Source: Raillietiella orientalis (Eukaryota). From it: 64,000 nucleotides of DNA. The position numbers and the translations under genes are program-made. The stretch's first letter is position 1, and every line of letters begins with the position of its first letter. The notes beneath the pieces are model-generated. The model was not told where the DNA came from. It worked only from the letters and a program-made list of their open reading frames with translations, and searched no databases. The DNA lies in the NCBI GenBank assembly GCA_036172245.1, contig JAYWIR010000005.1, forward strand, positions 1,550,001 through 1,614,000, in the 5' to 3' direction. Positions 24,849 through 37,000 of this stretch are shown piece by piece.

Positions 24849-26545
24849 CTTTCGGCCCTCCAGCAGGAATTGGGCCGCGTCCAGTGCCTCGTGACCTACT
24901 ACAGCGCAAAGTCTGCGTCCCTGAGGAGCGAAGAGAAGTTCCTGACCCAGAAGGTAACGAGGGCGCGGCGGTGGGCGGTCGGGAATGGGGGAGGAGGAGG
25001 AGCGCCCTGCTCGCCCCTCCTCCCCCCCCAGCTCGAGGATGTTGTGCGAGGTGTGGAACGGCGCCGGCAGGAGCGCTGTCCGCGCTGGTCGGATGACGGA
25101 GGAGAACTCGGGGGCGATGGCCAGCCAGTCTTCTGAAAGGCACCCTGAGCAGTATCAGGAAGGAGACCTTCTTCCGAGGGGACTGGGAAGGCGCGCGGGA
25201 ACCGGCCCCTTCCTTCCTCTCCCTAGCGTCTGGCCTCCCCAGCTGAGCTCCCTGGTCAGCAGGAAGGAAGCGTTCGATGCGTCCTCCGCAGTCGCCGGGA
25301 GCACCGTGGACGCGCTTCGCCTGCGCCTCGATGGTCTCCGGAGACAGGTAGGTGGGGAAGCACCCCCCCCGTGGTGGTAGTGGGGCCTCGGGTGCAGTGG
25401 GAGGGGTGACGCGACCTCTCTCCGGCAGATGAGGGAGGAGATGCGTCTGCGGAGGAACCTGCAGAGCAGCATCCGGTTCTTCGGCGCGGAGGTAACGGGC
25501 GCAGGTTGCAGAAGGGGGGCACCGGGAGCGGTCACTGGTCAGCCTCCCCTTTGCTTGGGCGATTCTGGAAGCCAAGGGTGGTGACGGTGCCAGCTCGGGC
25601 TCCTTCCCTCCCGACACGGCCCTCCCGCGCCCTCGAGGGGGAGAGGCCCCTCAGGGCACGCCCCCTCCGGCGTTTTCTGCGGAGTCGAACCCGGGGCCGA
25701 CCCTTCCGAGCCCTGAGGCAGATGCGCTCTGTTTGTTGTTCTAGCTGGCCGAGGAGGCGAAGCTGCAGAAGGTCGCTGAGGACGAGCTGCGGCTGTGCCT
25801 GCGGAATGTGAGAGGGGGGAAGAGGTCCCTAGGGGGTCGGGCCCTTCCGATCATCTTTTCCTTCCGCTCCTCTCACTCTGCTGCTAAGAGCCACGCCTGC
25901 TCGCCGCGCTTCCCCCTTCTCCCGAAAGCCAGAGGCAAGCGGACCACCCATGCGACTTCGTTGACTCCCCCGCACCTCTCCTCCCGCCCTCCAGAGCCTT
26001 CCAGGGTGACGCTCTGCGAGCGACCGCGACAGCGGCGCAGCGCAGGCGCGGGAGGGCCGCTCCGGTCCCGCTGCTGACCTGCGATGGCGTTCCCCGAGCG
26101 TCTCCCTAGCGACGGGGCTGGTCCTACACCCACCCTCCCTTCCTCCCATCCCCTCCGCTGTGCCGAGGGGCAGAATCGCTCACGCAAGCGTCTCCCTTGC
26201 CGTTGCTCCAGATGCAGGTCGAGGACAGCGCGCGTGTGACCAAGAAGGAGGTGCTCAAGCGGGTCGCCGACGAGGTGAGCGGCGACTCTGGGCCGACCCC
26301 GAGGGCGCGCACTCCCTCCCGCTCCTCCGAAGGTCGCTCACAAGCGAAGGGTCTTCGGCGACAAGATGGAGGTGGTCCGGCAGCTGGAGGCAAAGCTGGC
26401 AAACCTGAAGGCCGCCCTAGAGAAGAAGAAGGACGAGGTGCAGGCGTCCTGCGTGAGAGCTGAAGTCATCCGGGAGAGGAAGCGGGAGTTGTGGAGAGAG
26501 AGGGACGCCCTGCTCGCCGAGAAACGCAGCGGCGTCTCCATCTAG
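24849..26545 (+). CDS. 3' portion of an uncharacterised coiled-coil protein gene (5' exons unresolved, probably within 21000-24800)
   Basis: Phase-0 exons with canonical AG acceptors and GT donors: 24849-24953 (LSALQQELGRVQCLVTYYSAKSASLRSEEKFLTQK), 25243-25347 (LSSLVSRKEAFDASSAVAGSTVDALRLRLDGLRRQ), 25429-25491 (MREEMRLRRNLQSSIRFFGAE), 25745-25807 (LAEEAKLQKVAEDELRLCLRN), 26212-26274 (MQVEDSARVTKKEVLKRVADE), 26333-26545 (VAHKRRVFGDKMEVVRQLEAKLANLKAALEKKKDEVQ...RDALLAEKRSGVSI*). GC3-rich codons, E/K/R/L/Q helical composition, AATAAA 29 nt after the stop. Confidence 0.8.
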
Positions 26546-26573
26546 GCGCCGTTGCCGCCCTCTTGGAGAGATG

Positions 26574-26579
26574 AATAAA
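26574..26579 (+). promoter_or_regulatory. Putative polyadenylation signal of the coiled-coil gene
   Basis: aataaa just downstream of the TAG at 26543-26545. Confidence 0.6.
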
Positions 26580-27019
26580 CGACGACGCCGTCTTCTCGCT
26601 TCTCGACGCGGACTCGTGGGGATCCTCCGGTCTCTCTTCCAGTCAGGAGCTCGGGAGTCCTCGCGAGGAAGCGGGGTGCGCCAGGTGAAGCCGGCGAGCC
26701 GGACGGAGCTGTAGCGACCCGAGCAGTGGGTGCCTCAGGGAGCGATGGGACCTCCACAGGGGAGCGAAGTGCCCCGTCTCCTCGCCTCTGCTCGTGGCCG
26801 CAGCGGCGGCGCATCTCTCGAGTGCAGCGAGGGGCAGTCAGAGGGGAACTGCCCCATGGCGCACTGAGTCCGCCCAACGTCCTCCCGCGAAGTAGTCCCT
26901 CCAATAGGTCAGGAGTGTCCAAGAGCAGTCCTGAAGGAGCAAGGACAGAACTTGCAGCTCGACTCCGAGGCCGACCGCGCTGCATGCCTCCAGCAGCCGC
27001 CCGCCACCACCTTGAAGGC

Positions 27020-27273
27020 AGCTCACAGCAGCAACCGCAATCACGACAACAGCTGCACAGCAACAGAAACAGCACCAACGATGGCGACGACGACAACAGC
27101 AACAACAACGAAGATAACAATAAGGGCAACAAGAGCACAGCAACAGAATAACAACAGCGACAGTCACTATGGGAACAGCAACAACAACACCACAGCAACA
27201 AAGTAACAACAGCAATAACAACCACGACGACCACAGCAACAACGATGACAGCAACAGCAAATGCAACAACAAC
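27020..27273. repeat. Degenerate trinucleotide microsatellite (CAA/CAG/CGA)n
   Basis: Continuous caacaacagcaacaacaacgacgac-type sequence over about 250 bp. Confidence 0.9.
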
Positions 27274-28451
27274 CTTATGGATGGATGGATTCTCTTTGGT
27301 GGCAGACACGCCCTATGGAAATGCTCTGCTCCACGTAGCCCCGACCCTTGCTGTCGTCGCCCGTTCTGCGTTTGCGGGAGGCCATCGCGGGTTTGCCCCA
27401 TAACGAAGGCGCTCAACCCTCTCGTCTTGCACGGATGTGCCGGGCTCGGGGGTGATCCGTCCGGTCCAAAGTCCCCGAGTGTGGACACAATCGGGGCGAG
27501 ACGTAGACCACATCCATGTGGTCCACGTCTCGCTCGGTGCTCCCAGGCCTTTGTGAGGAATGCGGGCGAATCCCCAAGACCCTGCAAGCCAGACGAGCCT
27601 CTAGAGGGACACTTCTTGCGACTCTCGTTTCCCGCACGAAAGGGAAGACGAGGAGTCGGCGCCTCACTAGGGACACGACTGTCGGTCTGCGGCGGACCTA
27701 GAAGAACTTGGAAGCCCAGTAGGGATGCGAACACCGGAGACCTGGAGCTCTCCCAAGTGCTCGCCTGCTAGCAGCGGTGCCGCTGCCTCTCTGGACCAAA
27801 CTAACTGCCAGTTGCTGCGCAAACACGGTCCTTCCGTTCCGGCGGAGCCGACGCCTCTTCGGTTCTGTGGGACGCCCAGCTAACCGCAGCGGGATTCCGT
27901 GCTCTCCTCCGCCAAAGGGCCCAACTCTTCGCCTCCTCCCCTGCAGGGAGCACTCGAAGGCCACCTCCCCTAGGAGCACTACGTAGACGCTCCCACGACT
28001 GGTAAGGTGATTGGCTCTTGATGCTCTTCGCAGGGTATATCTCCCCCTCACCTACAGCCTACGGCATCTCTTGCCACTTACCGCCTCTCCGCCTTTCGGC
28101 TGACATCAGAGCGAGGCAACTCACGGTTGCCACGGAGTCAGGATCGCTGGGCCACCGGAGACCCTGAGGTCCACCGGACGGCATTTCCAATCCGAAACAA
28201 TGCTTGATGAATGGGGCCATCCAGGAGCATCTGCTAGATGTCCACGGCCGGCAGGAGAGGAAGTCAGGGGATAACACCGAGATTGCAACGTCTGCTGGTC
28301 TTGTCTCACGTGAACCGAACGAGGGATACATCGGAAGATGCTGCATAGCCAACATTTTCTATTTTATTTGTACTGTATTGTATTATACACTTTTTATTTG
28401 TATTTTGTAAATAAATTTGTATGCTATTTGGATTTTCACTCTTCTTCAATG

Positions 28452-28625
28452 TAAGATGATAAGATCGCTGGTATTTATTTGCATCCTTGTTGCATGTGAT
28501 GAGGTGAAACCGGCCCATGCAGAGACGGGAGCAGACACGAAGTCTTCTTTGAGGGAGTGCTGCAAGAAGAAGCGGATGCGGATGGTCCTGGAGGATGCGC
28601 TTCCATCTCAGGAATCTGCGGTGCG
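28452..28625 (+). mobile_element. Possible highly decayed RTE-clade LINE ORF2 fragment
   Basis: Translation KMIRSLVFICILVACDE...ECCKKKRMRM, with frameshifted FE and SW, resembles the post-RT RTE block RLIRSLVFSIFLYACESW...AFEMxCxRRxLRISW as I remember it. Judged by eye only. Confidence 0.3.
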
Positions 28626-31600
28626 GATTTTCCACTCATTCAAAGAGGAGGAGGAGCGCCGTGTTCTCGGCAGGACCACTGTCGTGGTCTTGCTCGGGCA
28701 ACCCCTTCCGTTCTGATCTGCTTCTCAAGTGGGGGCGCTGCAGTGCCCTCGAGAGAGCATCTCCGGCGGCCGTCCACCCTCTGGGAGTACAGGCAGCGTG
28801 AACTTTTGAGCCGGGGACGCTGAATGCACCGGCCGGTGGCCAACGGCGCTCTCCATCATCACACTGTCCGGGAAGAGTAGTATCCCCAAGGAAAGTCTGC
28901 CCGAGGGGTCAGGGGAAAGGTACACGGAGTCTTGTCTTCCAGGCGTTCCTTCGGAGGCGGAGGAAAGAAGGCGAGCTCCTCCCGGAAGCACCTTCGAGGG
29001 CCACTCCCTCTTCCGGAAGGCGAGGTCAGCGCCGTCGTGCGTGCCGACGAGGTCCCCGAGGCGGCAGGGAGAGGGTGGTCCTCGGACAGTGGGGCCGTCG
29101 TCGTCTGGCGGAAAGAGGAAGGGAAGCCGGGAGGCTGAGGAATGGCCAGTCGCATCCGAGGAGCTGCTGGGAAGCTGCGCCACAGGCGGTGTCTTGCCGA
29201 AGAGGCCATCAATCCCCCCTTCCCTTCCTGCCCCCGGAGTCGAAATTCTTGGCGATGAAGCATAAGCGGTGGTGCGAGCGAGATGGTTCTAGCGCGCGCC
29301 GGGAGATGGAGCGTCCTTGAAATCGAGGTCTCCTGCCTGTCTGCAGCAGTCGATCTTCCCCTACCGAAGGTCTCATTCCGAAGATGAGGTGGCCTTCCGT
29401 CAGCAGAGAAGAGGGAGAGACTGACCCCGAATTGGCAATGGGCCAAGGACCTCTCTGCTTCTCCTTCCCTCTCCCCACCCTTACTTTCTGGCGACCTCTG
29501 TCGGAAGGGGTTGTGCGCCTAGCGAGTCCGGAAGGGGGAAGGGGAGGAGCGGAGGTTCCTACGAAGACCGGCGACTCTCCCTGAGTCGTTGCCGGGACCA
29601 CACGCCGAATCCTCCTAGGGTGCGGCTGGGTTTCCAGGAAGCAGAGCGTCCCACGAGGACGCGGCTCTGCGACCTTGAGAGCGCCGACCTGGGGCTTCGG
29701 GAGACCGGGAAGCGGTGGTGGGAGGGGAAGGCGGAGGATGCTCCGGCTGTGTGCCTGGCTCGCGTTCGCGGACCTCCTCGTCGCCGTGGAGACGGACGTG
29801 GACAGCCTTCCGCCCCCAGAGAGAGCGACCCATCGAGGAAGGCGCGCCGGCGCCTGGCGCTCCTGCAGAAGTCGGCGGGAAGAGCCTCCTGCTGCTGGCG
29901 CGGCGCGACCTCTCCGCTGCGTTTCTCCGTGCGGAGGACGCCGCTCCCAACGGTGAAGCCGCTGAGGAAGCAGGCCGCATCGCCGAGAATGCCACCCTCA
30001 GGGTCCTGGAGCGGGCACCCCGACGCAACTGAGCTGGAACGAACCGTCTTTTAGAGGAGCCTCCGGGCGGAGTGGGTGGGACGAGGTGCAAGAAATGCCG
30101 TCGGCAAAAAAAAAAAATCTTCCCGCTGCGCTCCGGGATCAGGTGAGGCGCTTCCCTATGGCAACCCTGGAGTAGTGAGAGGGCCGCAGGAAGAGGAGAT
30201 CCGGACCGCGCCCATCCCCTCCTACTGGTCTCCCCCTTTCCCCTCGCGGGGTGCTAACCTGGAAGGGAGCGGGTCACTGCGCCATCTTTGGGACGGGGGA
30301 GATGGGCAGGGAAACCTGGAGGAAGGGATAGGAAGGTGGGTTGGGAAAGGCGCGGGGCGTTTCCTGCTCACCGGGTCCCTCGGCGAGCCTTCTCTTGCTC
30401 ACCAGGTGCGTGCCAGAAACGAGGGAGGAAGCGAACTGCTCCGCGGGAGGTAGGGAGGGGGCGCCAACAGACAGCACAGGAGGCGGCGCTCCCTCGGGGG
30501 TGGCTTCTACAGGAAGCTCTCTTCTCCCTGCTCCCGCTCTCCTTCGTCCCGTCCCAGGAGCGGCGGCTGCGTTTGGGCTTGCGGCAGAAGCCGGGAGTTC
30601 GCGGCGGCGGCGGCTCCCACGAGTTCCTCGTTCCTGGTGTAGAGGGCAGCATGCGCGGACGCACTCCTCTGCAAGGAGAGAAGAGGGTAGAGGAGGCAAA
30701 GAGGGAATAAGCGTCAGTCAGAGGAGCGTAAAAGAGGAGACCGGGGCTCATTTCCATGGGAGCGACCCATTTCCTTCGAGGCTGAATCACCGGGCTAGCC
30801 GAGAGACCCGCAGGGCACACCGGTAGGTATTCCCGCTCTCCACTGGATACTCCCTCCGGTCCCCTCTGGACACCGCACATTGTCCAATGGATGAAGTCAT
30901 GCTGGCAGAGGGCCAATCCAGGCTCCATTTTTTCTCCAGAGTCAGCGGCGCAGCAGCATTCTCTCACCCCTTTAAAGCCAAAACGCATCGAGCGCATGAG
31001 GGGGAGAAGGGGTCATCAGGGAATGGCTCCCTTCCTTCGAGGTCAGCTGAAAGGATGCGAAATGCCGGAAGTCTTCTGCCGCCCTCCGCGGACCGAGGGA
31101 GGAAATCCCTTTAGGATGACCGTCTTCAGGTTCTGCGAGGCTGCCCTCTCCCAGAATGCACAGATTCTCTGACCGCCTTTGACTTTTGGCATGACCCCAC
31201 TGAGGTGGAGGACTGATTACCCTGCCAAAAAGCGGGCTGTGCTCAAGGGCACTCCTCCCCGATCGCTTCCGGCAGGCGGCGGTTCCGGTGCCACCGCGCC
31301 TTTCTCCTGGCCGCCAGAATGCGGGAGCCGCTCAGCTCTTTCCGGGCATGCTCTTTCCTATGAAGGAGCTCCTGGCTATTTCCGGGGCTCCTTCCGAGGC
31401 GGTAGCTCGGCTGCCGTGTCGACCGTCGCAGTGCCCGTGGAGAACTCTGGTCTCCATGGACGCGCCTTTGCGACTGCGGATTACAAGGAGGGTGCAGCGC
31501 AGCGGTCAGCCAATTGGTCCTGGGGTCTGCAGCGAAGCTTCCAGAAGAACCCGGAAAATCATCTGTGATCTTTGACCTCCGGGAGCGGAGAGACCGGAGA

Positions 31601-31901
31601 TAGCCAAGCCTTCGTATTCTCCCATCCTAAGGGTAAGGGAAAGGAAGGGGAAGACTTATAGACATTCGAAGGGATAGGTGGATCGCCTTGAAACGCTCAG
31701 CCAGACCAGCCGCAGCGCGCAGGTTGTCCAACCACCGCCAACCAGAGCGCGAGTGCATGGGAGGGGTGGTCTCGAGGACTCGCTGCGAGCTGCTCGTCTG
31801 TATGGTTGCCCTCACGAATGGTCATCCTGCTCACACTCTTGCAATGATCACCTGCAGCTTTCATTCTTGCAACAGCTACTTGCTTTGCAAAACTGTCGCC
31901 A

Positions 31902-31971
31902 AAGCTCTTTCAAGAACCAATGTCTCTGTCGCCAAAGCTCTTGTAAGCCAAAAGGCAGAAAGCTCTTGTAA
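31902..31971. repeat. Short local direct duplications
   Basis: ctgtcgccaaagctctt occurs twice (33 nt apart) and aaagctcttgtaag occurs twice (21 nt apart). Confidence 0.7.
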
Positions 31972-34063
31972 GGACGACTCTCATCACTGATTGACAGTTC
32001 CTTCAACAGTCTTTGCTTGTACGGTACTTGGAACGGTTCGTCCAAAGATGTTCCCTGTTAGAATGCTCGTTTGTCTCTGGAACGCTGAACAGTGATTCCT
32101 ATCGGCATTGCTTGATTTCTCACAATCACCGGTTGCCATGGAGCCTGATCCCTTCATCATGGTTCTCTCGCCAGCCGATCTCGTGAACGAACTCTTTGAG
32201 AAGTGCATGTTCCATCTGGTTCCAGGAGTGTTCCTTCCAGAGGTCCACCGGAGCCGAGGAAGAGATTCTCCTCGAGGGCGCTCGAAGCAGGCGCTCGCGT
32301 GTTGCTGTCGGGACAAGCAGGGAGCTTCCCATTCTGGATTTCCCGAGCGAATTCCCGCCTCGCTTCGGGTCGACCGGCCGCGCGCACCGGATTGCTCGAT
32401 GTCCAGCGTGCGCTTTGCGCGCAGCTCGCGCGTTCCCGGAAGAGGACGCATCCGCGGGTCCTCGAAACCTCCGAACGGGAACGCGCGGAGTGGGTGGGCG
32501 GAGCGGGCGGCTCTTCGCGAGAGACGCAGAAGCCTTGGCGTCTTCCACAGCCGCGAGATGGTGCCATGGCGTGGGGACCCTTCCGAGGAGAAGAAGCGGG
32601 GGTTTCTCCATCCCGCCCGAGGTCGTCTTGCCCTAGGAAACTGCAGCGGCGAAGAGCATCTTCGCTGATCTGCATGCCGGTCGCCGCCAGCAGGCAGTGA
32701 GACTCCCGTTTTTTTCACTCCTGGAAGGCGTGCACTGAGGCATCGTTCGCCGGGGGAGTGCGAGAAGACGACGGTGTCGAAAGATGGAGAGACAAAGGGG
32801 GTTCAGGGGTGCATCGAAGGCGTCAGCTCCGCATCCCTCTCGCCTATTTTTCTGGAGATCGCGTTCGCCAGAATCTGGGGATCTCAGAATCGGCAGGAGC
32901 CGCGCGCATCTTTAGACTCTGCTGGGACGACGTGCAGGGAGAGGGCGAGCAGCCAACTGCGCCCGGGGGGGGGGAGTCTTGTCCGAGAGAGTCTTCCACC
33001 CCTTGTCGAGTTGGCTTCCGCGGAACTTCCATCTTCACCTCCCTCCCGAGCAAGCAGATGGATGCAGATGAAAGAGAACTTTTGGGATGCTGAGGCGATC
33101 CTGGAGACATCCTGGTGGATGCGGAGCTTCTGTTGGTTAGGGCTCCGCGACTCGCTGTGGGACTCGGGAGGAACAGATGTCTCGGGTTGCACAGAGACCA
33201 CCGAAGATCGCACCGCACAACTTGAAACTGGACTTCTGGGGGTTCCTTCCTTCCTTCCTTGGCGGCATCTTCCGGATGGATCTGGAGGCTGCGCTCAGGC
33301 GGCGGCGGCAAGGATCGCCTCGAGTCCGCGGCACCTTCCACGAAGGCGCCAAGGAACGCGGGCGCAACGAGCATCGAGAGCTGATCGGCAGCTTCCGGAA
33401 GTTCGGGTCGATGAGTGGACCAGCCTATTCTGGAGTTCTCATAGAGTGCTGCTGAGGACGTAGGCGGCGCGGCTGATTTGGCTGCGAGAAAGGGAGAAGG
33501 GGGAAGGCGAAAGATGCACTCGCGGACAAGACTAGTCGTCAGCCGCTCCCTTAGCAACAGCAACAGCAGCATCTTCCCAGTGGTCTTCTTGTGTTCCCGC
33601 ATCTTCCTTATACATCGCGTTTGGTTCAGCTGGAGATGCCTGGGGCGGGAAGGAGATCCCCCTCTTCCATCCCGACGAAAGACAGTCGATAGAGGTCCTG
33701 GTCTGCTCGGAACGCGGGAGACGAGAGGTTCGAAGTGGTAGTCAGGGAAACCCTTCCAGACCTTGGCACAACCAAGGAAAGTATCTAACAAGGTTTGCGT
33801 TGCCAAGGATCGTCTTTTGACCCTGAGGGTTTCGGACTGCACATCCAGTAGGCGTCCGGAGGTGAGTCACTATGGAGGCGCTGAGCGCTTAAAACTCAAG
33901 ACTGGTCAGCTGCTCCCATATCAGCAGGGTCATTGCCTTCCTCTCGCTCTCCCACATTCTTCCTCGCACACCGAAGCGGCCGCTTCCCAAAAGTGCAGCG
34001 CTGCCATTGCCTTCCACGTGGTCCCCACGTGCTCTCACATTCCTCCGCTTGCCCCTCAGCGGG

Positions 34064-37000
34064 TCAGTTCGAGCACCTCAGTCTGGCCAAGGAGGATGGA
34101 GAGGAGGCGGCACTGCGTGAATTTCGCGGGATCGGCCAATAAGGTGGTGCCCGGCGACTCCCTTCGACAAAGAAAGAAGGGAGGAAGAGGAGGAAGACGC
34201 GTGCATTTCCAGGCAGTAGAGAAAGGAGGGCGGAGCTCTCACCTGAGGGACCTGGTGCGTGGAGTACTCCAGCTGCTGGGCGCTCCTGATCCTGCTGCCA
34301 ACAGAGAAGCAGCTCTTCTCCTTGGTCACTGGAACGAGAGGCAAGCGCTGAGAGGCGGGAAGCGAGCTCCGGAGACGTTTCCCCGGCGACGCCCACCCGC
34401 CACTTACTCGCCACGGACGTGTCGTTGATGGACATCCTGTAGGTGCGCTCGCTGGAGATCCTCCTTAACTTTATCATGTCCCGGAAAGGGCTCCCACTCG
34501 GGAAGTGGGAAGCCTGCAGGCGGCGCCAGCTCCTGGTCAGTTCCTTCCGCACCTCCTCGTTGCAGAGGCAGTAGAGGATGGCCACGAAGAACCCCTGCGA
34601 AAGCGGAGTCTTCTCCTGCTGGCACGGCGGCAAGATGGCCGACGTCCCCCGATCCCCCATCCCCACTCGGTCCCCACTCCCTCGCACCTGAAGCGCTTCG
34701 TCGGCACACTAGAGGGGGAAGGCTGGAATTGGGCGGCGCCATTCCTCAAGGGTGCCGAGTGGGGTCCCTCCCTGGAAGGGTCGGGAATCCCGTCTTCGCT
34801 CAAGGGCGTGGGGGCAAGGTAAGGGCGGGAAGGGGTACATTCGAGGAAGGAAAGGAGGGGCGAGCGCGGACGGGCAGGGGAAGACTCAAAGGGGCGCTCA
34901 TCTCGAGTTCCCCGAACATCTGCGCGCTAGCACGGTGCACGGACGAGTCAGGACTCCTCGATATGCCGTCAGGCAGTGGATCGCATGAGCCAACGTGGGT
35001 GTGGAGGCTCCTCGAAGGTCAAGGGGAGGGAATGCCGCGTGACCTAGGGGAGAGGGAGGAAGGAGCTCCCCACTGCCGTGGTGGCCACGAGCACGTCCTC
35101 GGGAAGAGCTCAGTCCACCCACGGGCGGAAGTGGCGAGTCAGCTGCCCGACAATAGGGCGAGGATTGACATCCTCGACTCGGAAGGGCCGGCCCGAAGCT
35201 GGAAGCGGTTCCGACCCACCGCCCAGCCTTTCCTCCATCGAGGTGTATCCTCCGGGAAGGGAGGCAGCCGGGATGGAAAGACAGCCGGATATGCAGAGCG
35301 CACCCCGCCTTCCACAGAGCAGACCAACTGCAGGGTGAGCTCTCAGGTGGCGCCTCCGGAGGCCGGCCGAACAAGACGGTTTCGCTTCCTAGCGCCGCGT
35401 CGGTACCGGGGCCGTCGGGCGAGACAGCAAACCGCCCACACGGTCCCACTCCCTCACAACCATGAGGGGAAATTCCCTTGAAGATGAAGAGTGGTCGCTA
35501 GGGACACCGAGTTCAGAGTCCCGACTATACAGCTGCGCATGACCGGGATCCTGAGAGGAGTCGGGAGACCGCGGCGGTTCCAAATTCGCCTCCAGGACGA
35601 TGGGTTGCAGAGACACGCTACTGACCTGCTTCCGTTCTCTGCCCCCCCCCTTCCAGGAATTCCGAGATCTTCAGGGCTCTCGCTGACCGCCCTTAAAGCC
35701 CGCTGCTGGGTCTCGCCTCAAGCAGCGGACTCGTGGAGAGCTATCGGCCGCGCGGTCGAGTGCGTCCGCAGAAACGGAAAGGAGTCTTCTGGCTGCATCC
35801 GTTCGGAGGAGCCGTCGCCTTTCCGGCTGACTTCGGTTGGCGAACCGCCTTCTCGGGGAAACCGAATGACTTCTCTATTTGGCCTTGAAAGTAGGAGGAG
35901 GCTGCAACGTCCTCGCCTTCTGGGCCGCAATCCGCACAGAAGGTCTCCGAATGTCGTTGTCATCCGTCCTTGAATCAAAACCTCCCTTCCTTCCTCTTCG
36001 TCCTCTCCCTCTTCCTTCCTCTTCACTTCCCTTCTTCCTCCCCTTCCTTCTCTCTTCCTCCTTTTCCTCCTTTCCACCTCCTTTCTTTCTCCTCCTTTCC
36101 TTTTCTTCCTCTTCCTTCTCTTCTCCCAGCCTTTTTCTTTCCTTCCTTCCTTCTCACTCACTTCTCTTCCTCCTTCTCTTTCATTCGCATTGCTTCCAAT
36201 TCCAATCCTTCCTTCCTCTTCGTCCTTCTCCTCCTTTCCTCCTCCTTCCTTTCTCTTCCCTTCTTCCCCGTCCTTCTCTTCCTTGACTTTTGCTTCGCCT
36301 TTCCTCCCTTTCCTTTCTCCTCCCTTCCTCCTCTTTCTCTTCCTCTTCCTCCTCCTTCTCCCCTCTCCTCCACCCCCATTGCTCCTCCCTTTCCGTTCCC
36401 GTGCTCTCCTTCCTCTTCCGCTCCTCCTCTGCTCCTCTTACACCTCATCCTAACTGCTCGTCCCGAGAAAACAAAGGTTACTGAGAAGGGGAGAGTGTGT
36501 GTGCTGTCCTGGACTGTGCCGGAAGCTGTGCTCGAGGCACCGTTCAGACGAGTCGAAGCCCAAGGCGGGGATCACACTGCCGGTGGATCCCGTATGTCAA
36601 AGACAAGTAGCAAGGACCATGAGCCATCCTGAGCTCATCAATACTGGAGTCAAAAGGAGGGGCCACGAGATCTGAAATTTCGAGCGGGGCAGTCGAGATG
36701 GGGAGAGCGTATTGGAAGAAAAAGGAAGGGGGCTGGAACAGGAAGCCAGTGGAAGACCTAGGCGAGCGTCTCCGAGGGAGGAGGCGAGTAGCGGGTCCCG
36801 TAAGGTCGTCACCTGCCTTCCTCCTCGCAGATGAAGGCGAAGACCGGATGGCGATGCGTTCTGGCCTGTCAGTATCCTTCCAAGAGGGGGATAGGGTGAA
36901 TTTTTGCTTGCTAGCAGCGGGAGCTCCTCATGCCAGGATTGCTCCCTCCTCTGACGCAGAACCACCGGCACTTTGAGGAAGCACCTAGGGGGACGGATGT

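Noticed and set aside
26542..27734. ORFs with poly-Q/N/T or poly-V/L/C runs that look like signal or transmembrane segments
   Set aside because: They are translations of the CAA/CAG microsatellite in different frames.
29738..30032. Possible secreted peptide precursor (MLRLCAWLAFADLLVAVE..) as ligand for the neighbouring GPCR
   Set aside because: No convincing amidation/dibasic-flanked mature peptide, no iPTH/PXXXamide-like motif, and a weak signal peptide.
35718..36632. Hydrophobic F/L/S/P-rich and charged K/E/R-rich ORFs (also 38434-39219, 40519-40968, 45710-46446)
   Set aside because: Translations of CT/GA low-complexity intronic tracts.
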